Origin: Candidatus Asgardarchaeum abyssi
Lineage (GTDB): Archaea > Asgardarchaeota > Asgardarchaeia > Asgardarchaeales > Asgardarchaeaceae
DNA length: 64,000 nt
Direction of reading: 5' to 3'
NCBI GenBank assembly: GCA_040225955.1
Contig: JBECUL010000002.1
Coordinates: 28,544-92,543 of the forward strand
Each line of letters starts with the position of its first letter. Position 1 is the first letter of the stretch. The notes under the pieces are model-generated. The model was not told where the DNA came from and ran no database searches. It saw only the letters and a list, made by a program, of their open reading frames with translations. The position numbers and the translations under genes are program-made. Shown piece after piece: positions 38,319 to 47,031 of this stretch.

Positions 38319-39845
38319 TTATAGGGTAATTGTGAGGTTATATATTCGTAATTCACTGTATTTATTTAACAAAGTGTCTAATGGTTCAAGAAAGATAATG
38401 ATTTTCATGTTTCCACTCGATGTGCTACAGTAATAAATTCTCATCTGCATCGGCTTCTCTGTAATCATCTTCTTTAGTATCAACTCACCATTACTACCAA
38501 TTATAAGAAGAAACAAACCTTGTTTATTTTTTGCAAACATGTTAGCTCCAACTATAATTTCTTTCTTTGAATCGTTGTTTAAATCGATAACTATTGGTTT
38601 AGTCCATGTGGTGTATGTATGAATTGTTTCTCTCATATCATGAATTTCTCCTAGGTCCTCTTTATTCTGAGAGGTTAAGTTTAAGAAGCAATTAAGATCA
38701 ACAGTGAAATTATGCAAAATTGTTCCATCAAGCAATCTTATGAAATAAAAGGTGTTATTGTATCCGCTGACAAGTTCTAGCAAGTCGTCACTATCGATAT
38801 CATCTACAGTTTCATAGTATAATGGTATTTCCTTGCTCCATATCAATTCTCCACTTTGAGCATTGATAACGCTAATTTTTCCACAACTACGCACATAAAC
38901 ATAGGTTTCTGTGTCCCTATAGACGGATACTTTCATGGGTGCTACTGAGAGTGAAAGGCTCCATAAAAATCCCCACGACATACCCCTGATATTATTTTTA
39001 GAAAAACTAATTGCATAAATACCCTTGCCTTCTCTTGCATAGATCACATCTTCAGCACCATCATTGTTAATATCATATATTGTAGCCGAAAAATAATCAT
39101 ACTTCTCATCAAGAGTTCCAAACTTCAGCTTTGATAATATCTTTCCATTATCACTAGAAAGTACATAGATAAGATTTTCTGAGCATCTTACTACTTCAAT
39201 TCTTTTGTCTCCATTAACATCGCCTACTAAAACAATATTAGAGATATCATCGTAGTCTATGTTTCTTTCCCAAAGCAATTGTCTAGCCTTCAAGTCTATG
39301 ACAAATACAGAAAATGGCGTGGCAGCAATTACATCCTCTACAGAATCATTGTTGATATCAGCAAAGGTATAGCTTACAGAGTATTGAAAGGCCTTCTCAA
39401 AGTGCCATAAAAGGCTATCACTAGATTGAATTGAGTAGCATAAAATTTGCAGAGCCTCATGAGTTTCATTAACGAAGGATGCTCCTACTACTACCAACAT
39501 ACTTGTGCCTTGAACGTCAATAATCTTTGCATTAAGATTATGTGCTTTCGTAATGTATTTTGAGATGTTATATGACAGGATAGGGCTGTCCAATGATGAT
39601 ATTGTATACACTTCTATTATTTTTTTATTATTTAGTACTGCAACTTCTTGAATTCCATCACCATTTACATCATTTATAAATAAAATTTGGCTGTGTATTG
39701 GAACTTGCTTGCTTTCTAGTAGCTCGACTTGTAAGTGTAAAGGTGCCCATGTGTAAGTTTCATTAAGAAAGACTAGCACTACCGCAGTGATTAAAAGTAC
39801 ACTAACTATGCATACACCAAAAACTTTTCCCCTATTTATAATAAT
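38319..39845 (-). CDS. FG-GAP-like beta-propeller membrane protein (N-terminal signal anchor); start codon unresolved
   Basis: Repeats DVNGDGIQEVAV, ADINNDSVEDVIA, GDVNGDKRIEVV, IYDINNDGAEDVIY, VDDIDSDDLLELVSG, IDLNNDSKKEIIVG. The first canonical start (GTG 39779) lies inside the hydrophobic helix GKVFGVCIVSVLLITAVVLVFL. The frame is open to 39956, and ATT/ATA codons at 39845-39837 follow a G6 run. Confidence 0.6.
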   Translation of the reverse strand: MIINRGKVFGVCIVSVLLITAVVLVFLNETYTWAPLHLQVELLESKQVPIHSQILFINDVNGDGIQEVAVLNNKKIIEVYTISSLDSPILSYNISKYITKAHNLNAKIIDVQGTSMLVVVGASFVNETHEALQILCYSIQSSDSLLWHFEKAFQYSVSYTFADINNDSVEDVIAATPFSVFVIDLKARQLLWERNIDYDDISNIVLVGDVNGDKRIEVVRCSENLIYVLSSDNGKILSKLKFGTLDEKYDYFSATIYDINNDGAEDVIYAREGKGIYAISFSKNNIRGMSWGFLWSLSLSVAPMKVSVYRDTETYVYVRSCGKISVINAQSGELIWSKEIPLYYETVDDIDSDDLLELVSGYNNTFYFIRLLDGTILHNFTVDLNCFLNLTSQNKEDLGEIHDMRETIHTYTTWTKPIVIDLNNDSKKEIIVGANMFAKNKQGLFLLIIGSNGELILKKMITEKPMQMRIYYCSTSSGNMKIIIFLEPLDTLLNKYSELRIYNLTITL

Positions 39846-39959
39846 ACCCCCCTTAATGTTAGTCCCTCTTGGATCAAAGGTATAACCACTGTCATCAAAT
39901 TTAATAATTCCAAGATCATTTATATATTTAGGGGATGATGCTATTTTTCTTAAGCATTA

Positions 39960-40748
39960 TTATACATCTACTTTTTCCAAACCCATGAGCTCTATCGATT
40001 CTTTCTTAATCCGATCACTTATTGTTACAGCCCATGTAAGTGTTATTTCTTTCCCATCGATAATTTCTGCAAGTTTGCCTAACCAGTCGCAAACGTCTTG
40101 TAGTGTCGTTTTTTCTGTTAATCTAAAAACAGCTATAATCTCCTTAATCTTTTCAATCTTATTTTGAATAATGCTTAATGCCCTGGAAATGTTTTCATCA
40201 TCAACTATGATTCTGCCGTAGTAGTTCCAGTACTCGTTACGACTGAAAGAACCATAAGTATGAAGGTCGATGCTGATATTCAAATGTTCTGTGTGATAAA
40301 AATCAATAATGAATCGCAAACACCTAAAAATTCCCTCATAATTATCTCCTATCTGCCCATCTTCTAAGGTAATCAAGAAAATGTAATCTTTGTGTCCAAG
40401 TTTTTCAAAAAGGTCCTTAATATTCTTCAACCTGCTTTTAGGTACTATTGCAATAAAGTGAACCCCTGTTTCTCTCAAAAGGCTGTCTAATTCATCCGTA
40501 AACCTATTAAAGTTACTAGGTACTTGCTCAACTATCATAATTACATATTTTTCGGTGCTTTCTTTGCTCCTCTTAACAAACATTATAATCTTTTCCAAAA
40601 GAGAATCTTTGTATGTAGTTGTGTCTCCTTGATTTAGCGTGATAAAATTGAGAGTCACTCTGGCTGATAGCTTTTTAGTTTCTCTTTTGAGAAACTTTAA
40701 AAATTCCTCAGTTCCGATACCAATTACATTAAAAATCTGTTTCTTTAT
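39960..40748 (-). CDS. Degenerate FtsZ/tubulin-like protein lacking the GGGTGTG signature; start codon unresolved
   Basis: The order of FtsZ-like elements, read by eye, is IFNVIGIGTEEF, RVTLNFITLNQGD, KYVIMIVEQVPSNFNRF, GVHFIAIVPKSRL, YIFLITLEDGQ, HLNISIDLHTY, IIAVFRLTEKTTLQDV and EITLTWAVTISDRIKKESIELMGL. The frame is open to 40781, with GGAGGAGG at 40756-40763 and ATA at 40748. The first canonical start (GTG 40658) would delete the first strand. Confidence 0.45.
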   Translation of the reverse strand: MKKQIFNVIGIGTEEFLKFLKRETKKLSARVTLNFITLNQGDTTTYKDSLLEKIIMFVKRSKESTEKYVIMIVEQVPSNFNRFTDELDSLLRETGVHFIAIVPKSRLKNIKDLFEKLGHKDYIFLITLEDGQIGDNYEGIFRCLRFIIDFYHTEHLNISIDLHTYGSFSRNEYWNYYGRIIVDDENISRALSIIQNKIEKIKEIIAVFRLTEKTTLQDVCDWLGKLAEIIDGKEITLTWAVTISDRIKKESIELMGLEKVDV

Positions 40749-40976
40749 TTTCTTCCTCCTCCTTTCTCTAAAATTATCTACTTAGGCTATGAAATTAAAC
40801 AGTATATGTTCATATACATGATTAAGTAAATCAATCAAAAGGTAAATAAATTTTAGAGAAAGTAAGTTGTTTCTCAGCTAAGTGTAAAGCGTACCATTGC
40901 CAAAACATTATCGATAAAAAATTAAACTGATTAGAGAGTATCGTGATCATCTCTTAGCAATTTTTGAGCGGTTCCT

Positions 40977-41834
40977 TTAAGTGTAACTGGCAAAAGTATT
41001 AATAAATTCAAATACCTCTTTGACTGTTCTCTTTTTCTGTATTTTTTCCATTTTATCTTCAAGCTCAATTAATATTCCGATAGGTGCATGATCCGAACCG
41101 TAAACATCCTTCAGTATAAATGCATCTTTAAGATTTGGAAGCAAATCTTCAGTAATCACTATATAATCGACACGCCAACCTATGTTCCTTTCTCTTGCAC
41201 TAAATCTATACGTCCACCAAGTGTAATGTCCAGGTTCGTCTGGATGAAAATGTCTGAATGTATCAATATACCCTTTGCTCAATAGCTTGTCCATAAATTT
41301 CCTTTCTTCTGGAGTGAAGCCTGCATTTCTAACATTATCTTTTGGTCTGGCCAAGTCTATCTCTTTGTGTGCTACGTTAAAATCACCACAAACTATTAGT
41401 GGCTTTTCTTTTCTTAACGTTTCTAGGTATTCTAAAAATTTCTCATTAAACTCGAGTTTATATGCAAGCCTTGTCAATCCCCTTTGTGCATTTGGGAAAT
41501 AAACGTTAATCAGGTAGAACTTATCATAGCTTAGTGTGATAACTCTTCCTTCACTATCAGCAATTTTTTCACCAAATCCGTATTTTACTGATTTTGGCTC
41601 TACTCGCGTAAGGACTGCAGTTCCAGCATATCCTTTTCTCTCTGCTGGATACCAATAAATCAAGTAATCTTCAAGACCGGGCCCTAAAGACATAGGTGCC
41701 ATATGTTGCTTAATCTCTTGCAAGCAGATTACGTGAGGTCTCTCTTTCTTCATAAATTCGATGAACCCTTTTTTCATCACAGCTCTAAACCCATTTACGT
41801 TCCAAGAAAGGATCTTCCAAATCATCGCGTTCAT
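40977..41834 (-). CDS. xth: Exodeoxyribonuclease III (AP endonuclease)
   Basis: MIWKILSWNVNGFRA, ICLQEIK, GDFNVAH and SDHAPI motifs. The ORF-track start at 41885 adds about 17-20 unlikely residues. Confidence 0.9.
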   Translation of the reverse strand: MNAMIWKILSWNVNGFRAVMKKGFIEFMKKERPHVICLQEIKQHMAPMSLGPGLEDYLIYWYPAERKGYAGTAVLTRVEPKSVKYGFGEKIADSEGRVITLSYDKFYLINVYFPNAQRGLTRLAYKLEFNEKFLEYLETLRKEKPLIVCGDFNVAHKEIDLARPKDNVRNAGFTPEERKFMDKLLSKGYIDTFRHFHPDEPGHYTWWTYRFSARERNIGWRVDYIVITEDLLPNLKDAFILKDVYGSDHAPIGILIELEDKMEKIQKKRTVKEVFEFINTFASYT

Positions 41835-42036
41835 CTCTTTTAGAATCATGTAAAAATCAAAGTTGATTGTTTTATATAGATTCACTAGCTAATAAACTTT
41901 AAATGAAAAGAAGAGATGAGAGTGAGCATTAAAAGTACTATTTTAGTATTCAACCAATACCACTTAAAGAAGAAAATATTATTTATACTGAGGTTATGAT
42001 AATAGTAATGGAAAATCTTCGTAAGAGTGCTCAAGC

Positions 42037-43245
42037 ATGAAGAATAAATTGCGGAAATACAAAACTTTAGCAGTTGTATTCTTCATAATCGGAATTACCT
42101 TTACGACTATAAAATACAATGAATTGTCAAGTGATGTAATTTGGCTATATGACATTGGATCCACGCTAAAACTTGAGGTTAAAGAAATCTATAATGGGAC
42201 TAAGCATACGATAGTAGATGAAATTGCTAGAGAGTACAAGCTGGATTTGTCCAGAGAGATTTATATTAAGCTTGATAGTAAGATAGCCACACTGGAACCG
42301 AGGGTCATAGCTCTTGGAATTGTGAACTTTAAGATGCCTTATAATCTCTCCGTATCGGTTGATAATAAGAATTTTAATAGAATTAAAAGGTATATTCTGC
42401 CTATATTTTTCCCTAAGAATTTCGATAGTGTTGAAAAAGAGTTACAAGCATTAGAAAACGTCAGTTTTAGGTATAAACACTATCTCATTTCGGATATAAT
42501 AGATTGGTATTTAGAATTCTCACTTGCTGATGCTAGGGTATATCTATATATCTGCATAAAGAAAGATGGCTGGCTTGATGGATATAATATAACCGTAACC
42601 AAAGACGGTAATAAAGAATCTTTATTCTTGGTTTGGGGTGGTAAAAAGAACTTTATTTTTGTTCAAGAAGTATCAAGTAAAACCACTTTAAGAATAATTG
42701 GGACTATTCCATTTTTAGCAGCCGCTGTATTCTTTGGTCTTTATATTAAGAATAGGAGACTTCAAAGTATTGACTTGTATGAAGCTTTAGAGAAAGCTTT
42801 AACTAGGATTGAGAAATATTCAGATACATATTATAGGTTATGGTTAAGTTTATCACTAATAGGACTTGCCTTAGGAATCTTTGTAGCACATGGGCTCATT
42901 ACTTTGGATAGTGAAATTACGGTTCTTACTCTTATGGTGTTCTTTTTAGTATCAACAGCAATATTACTTGTGTTCCTAATGTGGATGTGCGTATTACCAA
43001 AACTGGATGAAATTGGGTCTTTAAATTTTTTAAGCCCAATAACACCGACTGTTATTTCATCAGTGAGCTTTATTCTTGGAGTCTTAATAGCGACAACTTT
43101 TAATGATGACCCTTTATTTTGGAGTTTGCCTCTGTTTATACTACTTGGCTTAACACTCATATTAATAAGGATATCAGAGCCAAGAAAAGAATTAAGGATA
43201 TTTAAAAAGGAGGTTACGAAGGGGTTCAGCGGATGTCCGCATTAG
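42037..43245 (+). CDS. Hypothetical membrane protein
   Basis: 402 aa. N-terminal TM, an extracytoplasmic region of about 200 aa, then 4-5 TM helices. The last ~8 codons run into the GC-rich island, so the C-terminus may be artificially extended. Confidence 0.5.
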   Translation: MKNKLRKYKTLAVVFFIIGITFTTIKYNELSSDVIWLYDIGSTLKLEVKEIYNGTKHTIVDEIAREYKLDLSREIYIKLDSKIATLEPRVIALGIVNFKMPYNLSVSVDNKNFNRIKRYILPIFFPKNFDSVEKELQALENVSFRYKHYLISDIIDWYLEFSLADARVYLYICIKKDGWLDGYNITVTKDGNKESLFLVWGGKKNFIFVQEVSSKTTLRIIGTIPFLAAAVFFGLYIKNRRLQSIDLYEALEKALTRIEKYSDTYYRLWLSLSLIGLALGIFVAHGLITLDSEITVLTLMVFFLVSTAILLVFLMWMCVLPKLDEIGSLNFLSPITPTVISSVSFILGVLIATTFNDDPLFWSLPLFILLGLTLILIRISEPRKELRIFKKEVTKGFSGCPH

Positions 43246-43475
43246 TGAGCGAACATCCACCTTGGGCCTCATCAGCCTCAGCTCCCTCTGGGTTCATGGG
43301 GAGCAAGTCATCGGTCTCGACCCCGTTCAGGGTAACCCCGCAAGCCCCACATCGCAGCGTCCTTTCACACCGCAATGTCCTTTCGGTGCTTTACTCCCAC
43401 CACATTCGGACATTGCTTCAATACTCACAAGTGCTCACAAAATATTTAACTGTTTCGGAAGGCACTGGAAGAGAA
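43215..43475 (-). ncRNA. Candidate structured non-coding RNA (GC-rich island), class not assigned
   Basis: G+C is about 60% over 43261-43380 (my count) against about one third elsewhere. Nested hairpins: 43372-43380/43408-43416 (9 bp), 43231-43236/43253-43258 (6 bp), 43281-43286/43299-43304 (6 bp). On the minus strand a TTAAATAT box (about 43445-43452) precedes it, a T5 run (43206-43210) follows it, and UGAUGA/CUGA K-turn-like elements are present. Strand and ends are tentative. Confidence 0.45.
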
Positions 43476-43510
43476 ACAGCAAATTAATACTACCTAAAGA
43501 AGCTATCATG

Positions 43511-43870
43511 CTATTCTACACGGATTTCCTTTTCCATTTCCCACTGTCCGTGAATATTGCATCTTGCTATTACTTTTAGCTTTGCATTCTTTCCGACTCT
43601 TATTTTTAACGTTACTTCTGGCTCCATAATAATCGGCACAAACATAACTCTAGACAGAAAATGATCATCCAAAATTAGGTCTATCCAAACGATATAATGC
43701 TCAAACGTATTGGGATGAGGTATCTCACCAACTTTTATTTTCACCTCAAATGGCTCACAGCTTTTTACCTTATCAGGAATTTTAATGATGGGCTTGTGCA
43801 TTTTCCCATATTCTGTTAATTCTGCCTTTTTGCTCAGAACAACGATGGGCTCAACACACTTTTCAGCCAC
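43511..43870 (-). CDS. Superoxide reductase (neelaredoxin / class II SOR-like)
   Basis: EYGKMHKPII, HPNTFEHYIVWIDL and CNIHGQWE match the Fe-ligand pattern (His x4 plus Cys) of SOR. 119 aa. Confidence 0.8.
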   Translation of the reverse strand: MAEKCVEPIVVLSKKAELTEYGKMHKPIIKIPDKVKSCEPFEVKIKVGEIPHPNTFEHYIVWIDLILDDHFLSRVMFVPIIMEPEVTLKIRVGKNAKLKVIARCNIHGQWEMEKEIRVE

Positions 43871-43953
43871 ATCAATACCTCCTATCTTTTTGGCAATCTT
43901 TTTAAACCAACTTTAAATAAAAATTTTGTTAATAAGTATGAAATCAGTTATTG

Positions 43954-44259
43954 TTACTCTATTTCCTCTACAAGCAAGTCCTTATGCTCGGGATGCTTTT
44001 TGAAATAATAGACTGCGTAACTACAATTTGGTTTTATTTTATATCTGTTCTCTCTTGCAAATTTTATAGCCTCTTCCATTAGTCTTCCAGCAAGTCCTCG
44101 CCCTCTAAACTCTTCAGGTGTATACGTGGCATCTATGTTCATAACATTTCCCTGCACGTTATATTTCAAGTATGATGCCTTTCCTGGTCCAAGCTTTATG
44201 AGAAACCTCTGTGATTTCTTATGATGGATTATTTCTAATTTTTCTCCTCTTTCATTCAT
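43954..44259 (-). CDS. Small GNAT-fold acetyltransferase (YjdJ-type)
   Basis: 101 aa, TPEEFRGRGLAGRLMEEAIKFARENRYKIKPNCSY. Confidence 0.7.
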   Translation of the reverse strand: MNERGEKLEIIHHKKSQRFLIKLGPGKASYLKYNVQGNVMNIDATYTPEEFRGRGLAGRLMEEAIKFARENRYKIKPNCSYAVYYFKKHPEHKDLLVEEIE

Positions 44260-44396
44260 AGTTTCACAGCCTTTTGCTCTATACGGTACTCATTGCATAA
44301 CCACTTTTTTATTTTTTACGGGATTTTTAAGTGAACTATAAATTCTGAAATTAAAAGTATCTTTGCAACATCATAAGATCTTAATAATTTAAATTA

Positions 44397-45062
44397 TCAT
44401 TTATTGATTTTCTTCGTTATTTTAATTGCTGCAAAAAAGAGACAAATAGCTGTAAAAATATATACAGCAAGCCTTACTGTTAAATACGCTAGGTGTGTGG
44501 GAAGGGAGAAAAACTCGAATATCAATGGAAACGTTACAGCAAAGCCGCTTATTATAAGAAATAGTGAGTGAAATGAGTAATACAGTAAACTTTTCTTCTT
44601 TAGTAAATGTAATGCAATAGTTGTTTGAGTTAGGAAGATCGCATACCACCTAATCCAGAGAAACACACATATGATAATATAGAAGGGAATCCACATTAGA
44701 GAGGGAAGAGTGAACAAAAAGAATGCACTGTTGTAGTAAGAGGCAGCAAAAGTGGCAATCAATATAAAAATGATTATTGAAGGCAGTACTTTCGAAGTAT
44801 AACTATTTTTTTCTATAGAACTCTTATCATCATTGCTAATACGCTTACCTAAAAAGGGAGCACAGCTCAAAAGTCCTATTACAGTTGAAAAGAATAGAAC
44901 ATACATATAGTAGTTTTTGGGTACAATAAGCTCCGGACCAAAAAAATACTCAAAAGCAAGATATTCAAAAACATGGGCATAGCCATATGATAAGAATCCA
45001 GAACTAACTGCCGATAAGACTGTATTCAGAGAGTTATGTGCTTTTCCAAATTTCATCATCAT
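44397..45062 (-). CDS. Hypothetical polytopic membrane protein
   Basis: 221 aa with about 6 hydrophobic helices and no motif recognised. Confidence 0.5.
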   Translation of the reverse strand: MMMKFGKAHNSLNTVLSAVSSGFLSYGYAHVFEYLAFEYFFGPELIVPKNYYMYVLFFSTVIGLLSCAPFLGKRISNDDKSSIEKNSYTSKVLPSIIIFILIATFAASYYNSAFFLFTLPSLMWIPFYIIICVFLWIRWYAIFLTQTTIALHLLKKKSLLYYSFHSLFLIISGFAVTFPLIFEFFSLPTHLAYLTVRLAVYIFTAICLFFAAIKITKKINK

Positions 45063-45314
45063 TCCCTACCAGTATGTACTTAATTTTTTTATTATATGTT
45101 ATTTATTTATATTTTATATTATGTTATTTTAATACTGTGCTAAAATCGATCAACTCCAATAATAATACAGTTTTTCAATAAGGCACATCTCAAATATGAC
45201 AGTTCGAGATAGGGTAAAAAATATCATCTCTATTTCAGTAAAAATACTCCATGAAATAATAATTCTATCCAAAATATTTTAAAATTTGGAAAATAAGACT
45301 TTTTTGGTGATTAT

Positions 45315-45551
45315 ATGGCCATTGTAAAAATTAGCAAGAGACGAATATATATTCCATCGAAGATTGATTTTAAAGGGGATAGAGCAATAATAATCCCATT
45401 CGGAAAAGGATTACTAGTATATCCAATTCCAGCAAAATTTAGAGAGATAGATATTCCCCATTCTATAAAGGAACTCAAAGAAATTGCTGAGCAGAAAGCT
45501 AAGGAAGAGGCTCTTAATAAATTGAAAAAGAGGGAAGCAAGAAGATGCTAA
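45315..45551 (+). CDS. vapB: Antitoxin-like small protein (AbrB/SpoVT-like N-terminus)
   Basis: MAIVKISKRRIYIPSKIDFKGDRAIIIPFG plus a charged helical tail. It overlaps the downstream PIN gene by 7 nt. Confidence 0.55.
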   Translation: MAIVKISKRRIYIPSKIDFKGDRAIIIPFGKGLLVYPIPAKFREIDIPHSIKELKEIAEQKAKEEALNKLKKREARRC

Positions 45552-45976
45552 TTGAAAGCGATATAATTATCGCACTTATTAAAAGAAGAGACTGGTTAAA
45601 ACCAGTTGCTGAAAACATTTTAATGTTGATCAAGAAGGGAGATCTGCGTCCAATAGAGATTTCAACTGAAATACTTCATGAACTTTATTATGTAGCATCA
45701 GAGTTTGCAGATCTTGATATTGTTTTGGAAAATTTTGTAAAAATTGCTGGTTTAGAAAATATTAAATTCTTAAGACCAAAACCAGAAACTTACATAACCG
45801 CGGTTTTTATTATGAAAAATTATAATATAACATCTATTTTCGATGCTATATATGCTGCACATATACTTAATAAAGATAGTTCAGATAATATAATCATAAG
45901 TACTGATCACATTTATGATAAGATTCCTGGGATTAAAAGAGTAGATCCGAGAAAGCTTAATAGTTTAATTGAATAA
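45545..45976 (+). CDS. vapC: PIN-domain toxin (VapC-like)
   Basis: Acidic residues spaced like a PIN domain (MLIESDIIIALI..., LHELYY, IFDAIYAAH, ISTDHIYD). 143 aa, coupled to an upstream antitoxin-like gene. Confidence 0.65.
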   Translation: MLIESDIIIALIKRRDWLKPVAENILMLIKKGDLRPIEISTEILHELYYVASEFADLDIVLENFVKIAGLENIKFLRPKPETYITAVFIMKNYNITSIFDAIYAAHILNKDSSDNIIISTDHIYDKIPGIKRVDPRKLNSLIE

Positions 45977-46159
45977 AGAATGTAGTAAAATCAAACACAA
46001 TATGATATAATGAAAAAGCTGTGCTTGTGTTTGAAAAAGATAACATTCACTTTAATGTCTGCACTCCGCTCCCAATATGTAGATGCACTAATGTAAATTC
46101 ATATGATTGGTCTAGTAATGTACTCTGGAAAAATGTTAGTTAGTTTTTAAAAAAGAATC

Positions 46160-46483
46160 TCAAAAATCAAATATGATACCCTCTTCTAATGCTATTTTCA
46201 CTATGCTTGGTCTTTTTTTAAGCTTCTCAAACTCCTCAATTGTATAACAGATGAAATCCACTGGGTAATCAAGATCCCATTCAAGATAAAGAGGAACTGG
46301 TCTCTCTAAAGGACTTTTGTCTTTAAAAAAATCACTAACAATTATGAGGTCGACATCACTATCCTCTCCGAATTCTCCTCTCGCAGCAGAGCCAAAAATT
46401 ATAGCTCTTCTTATTTTGTACTTTTTGCTAATCCTCCTTAGGAACTCTTTAATCTCTTCTATGTTAGCTGTCTTTTTACCCAT
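46160..46483 (-). CDS. Minimal nucleotidyltransferase (MNT) of a HEPN-MNT module
   Basis: IFGSAARGEFGEDSDVDLIIV (GSxxRG...DxD). 107 aa. Confidence 0.85.
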   Translation of the reverse strand: MGKKTANIEEIKEFLRRISKKYKIRRAIIFGSAARGEFGEDSDVDLIIVSDFFKDKSPLERPVPLYLEWDLDYPVDFICYTIEEFEKLKKRPSIVKIALEEGIIFDF

Positions 46484-46819
46484 TTTATCACCTTTTCTGC
46501 ATACTCTATTATTTTTTCAACTTCTTCTTTGTTAAATTCTGATAAAACATCTGGATACCTTGTTGCTGTATAGGCAGGAGTGATGCTTGCATAGTCTTAG
46601 AATACTTTCTGGTGCGTTTAGCATCCTATCAAGTCGTGTTAGGTCGTGTATTTTTGGAAAACTTCCAGTATTTCTAATAAGTAATGCTTTTAAAGCTTTT
46701 TCAACCGATTGTTGGGCCAAAAATGCAGCTACATGATATTCTTCAATCTCATAATTCTTTTTTGCGGCTTTTAAATCTCTTATTGCAAAATCCCACCACA
46801 TTTTTATAGAATCTTTCAT
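46459..46819 (-). pseudogene. HEPN-domain protein split by a frameshift
   Basis: ORF 46532..46819 reads ...KIHDLTRLDRMLNAPESILR, then nonsense (LCKHHSCLYSNKVSRCFIRI*). The alternative frame reads DYASITPAYTATRYPDVLSEFNKEEVEKIIEYAEKVIKWVKRQLT*, the canonical HEPN C-terminus, ending at 46459 and overlapping the MNT start. The shift lies near 46590-46605. Confidence 0.75.
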
Positions 46820-47031
46820 AAAGAATACACCACTAATGATACTATATAAATTTATAAACCTAATAATGGATAAAAATTTTCAGCAAAATAAGTAATCTAA
46901 GGAAGAAGGTTATTATTATTGCGACATCGTATACTTCAAAAATGTTAGAGAAAGATCTGCAAAAATCCGAATTTGTTTATTCATAATATGGTTTTAACTT
47001 TTCTCTAATGCTTTTTATGTTAATTAAGCTT

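Noticed and set aside
43265-43276. CUGAUGAGGCC on the minus strand, resembling the hammerhead ribozyme core
   Set aside because: I could not place the required stem II hairpin followed by GAAA, or stem III with a cleavage-site triplet. It may instead be a K-turn or C-box-like element.
43215-43480. Assignment of the GC island to tRNA, 5S rRNA, RNase P RNA or SRP RNA
   Set aside because: There is no T-arm or acceptor pairing and no GGAAAGUCC P4 strand. There is no GNAR-capped helix 8 with AGCA/GGA loops, and the spacing does not fit 5S. Partial word matches (GGGAGCUGAGGCUGAUGAGG, GAACCCAGA) were not backed by compatible pairing. The class is left unassigned until a covariance-model search is run.
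43233-43579. Plus-strand ORFs of 84 and 105 aa covering the GC-rich island
   Set aside because: The translations are low-complexity and Ser/Pro/His-rich. They have no ribosome-binding site, overlap each other and coincide exactly with the hairpin-rich GC island, so a structured RNA explains the segment better.
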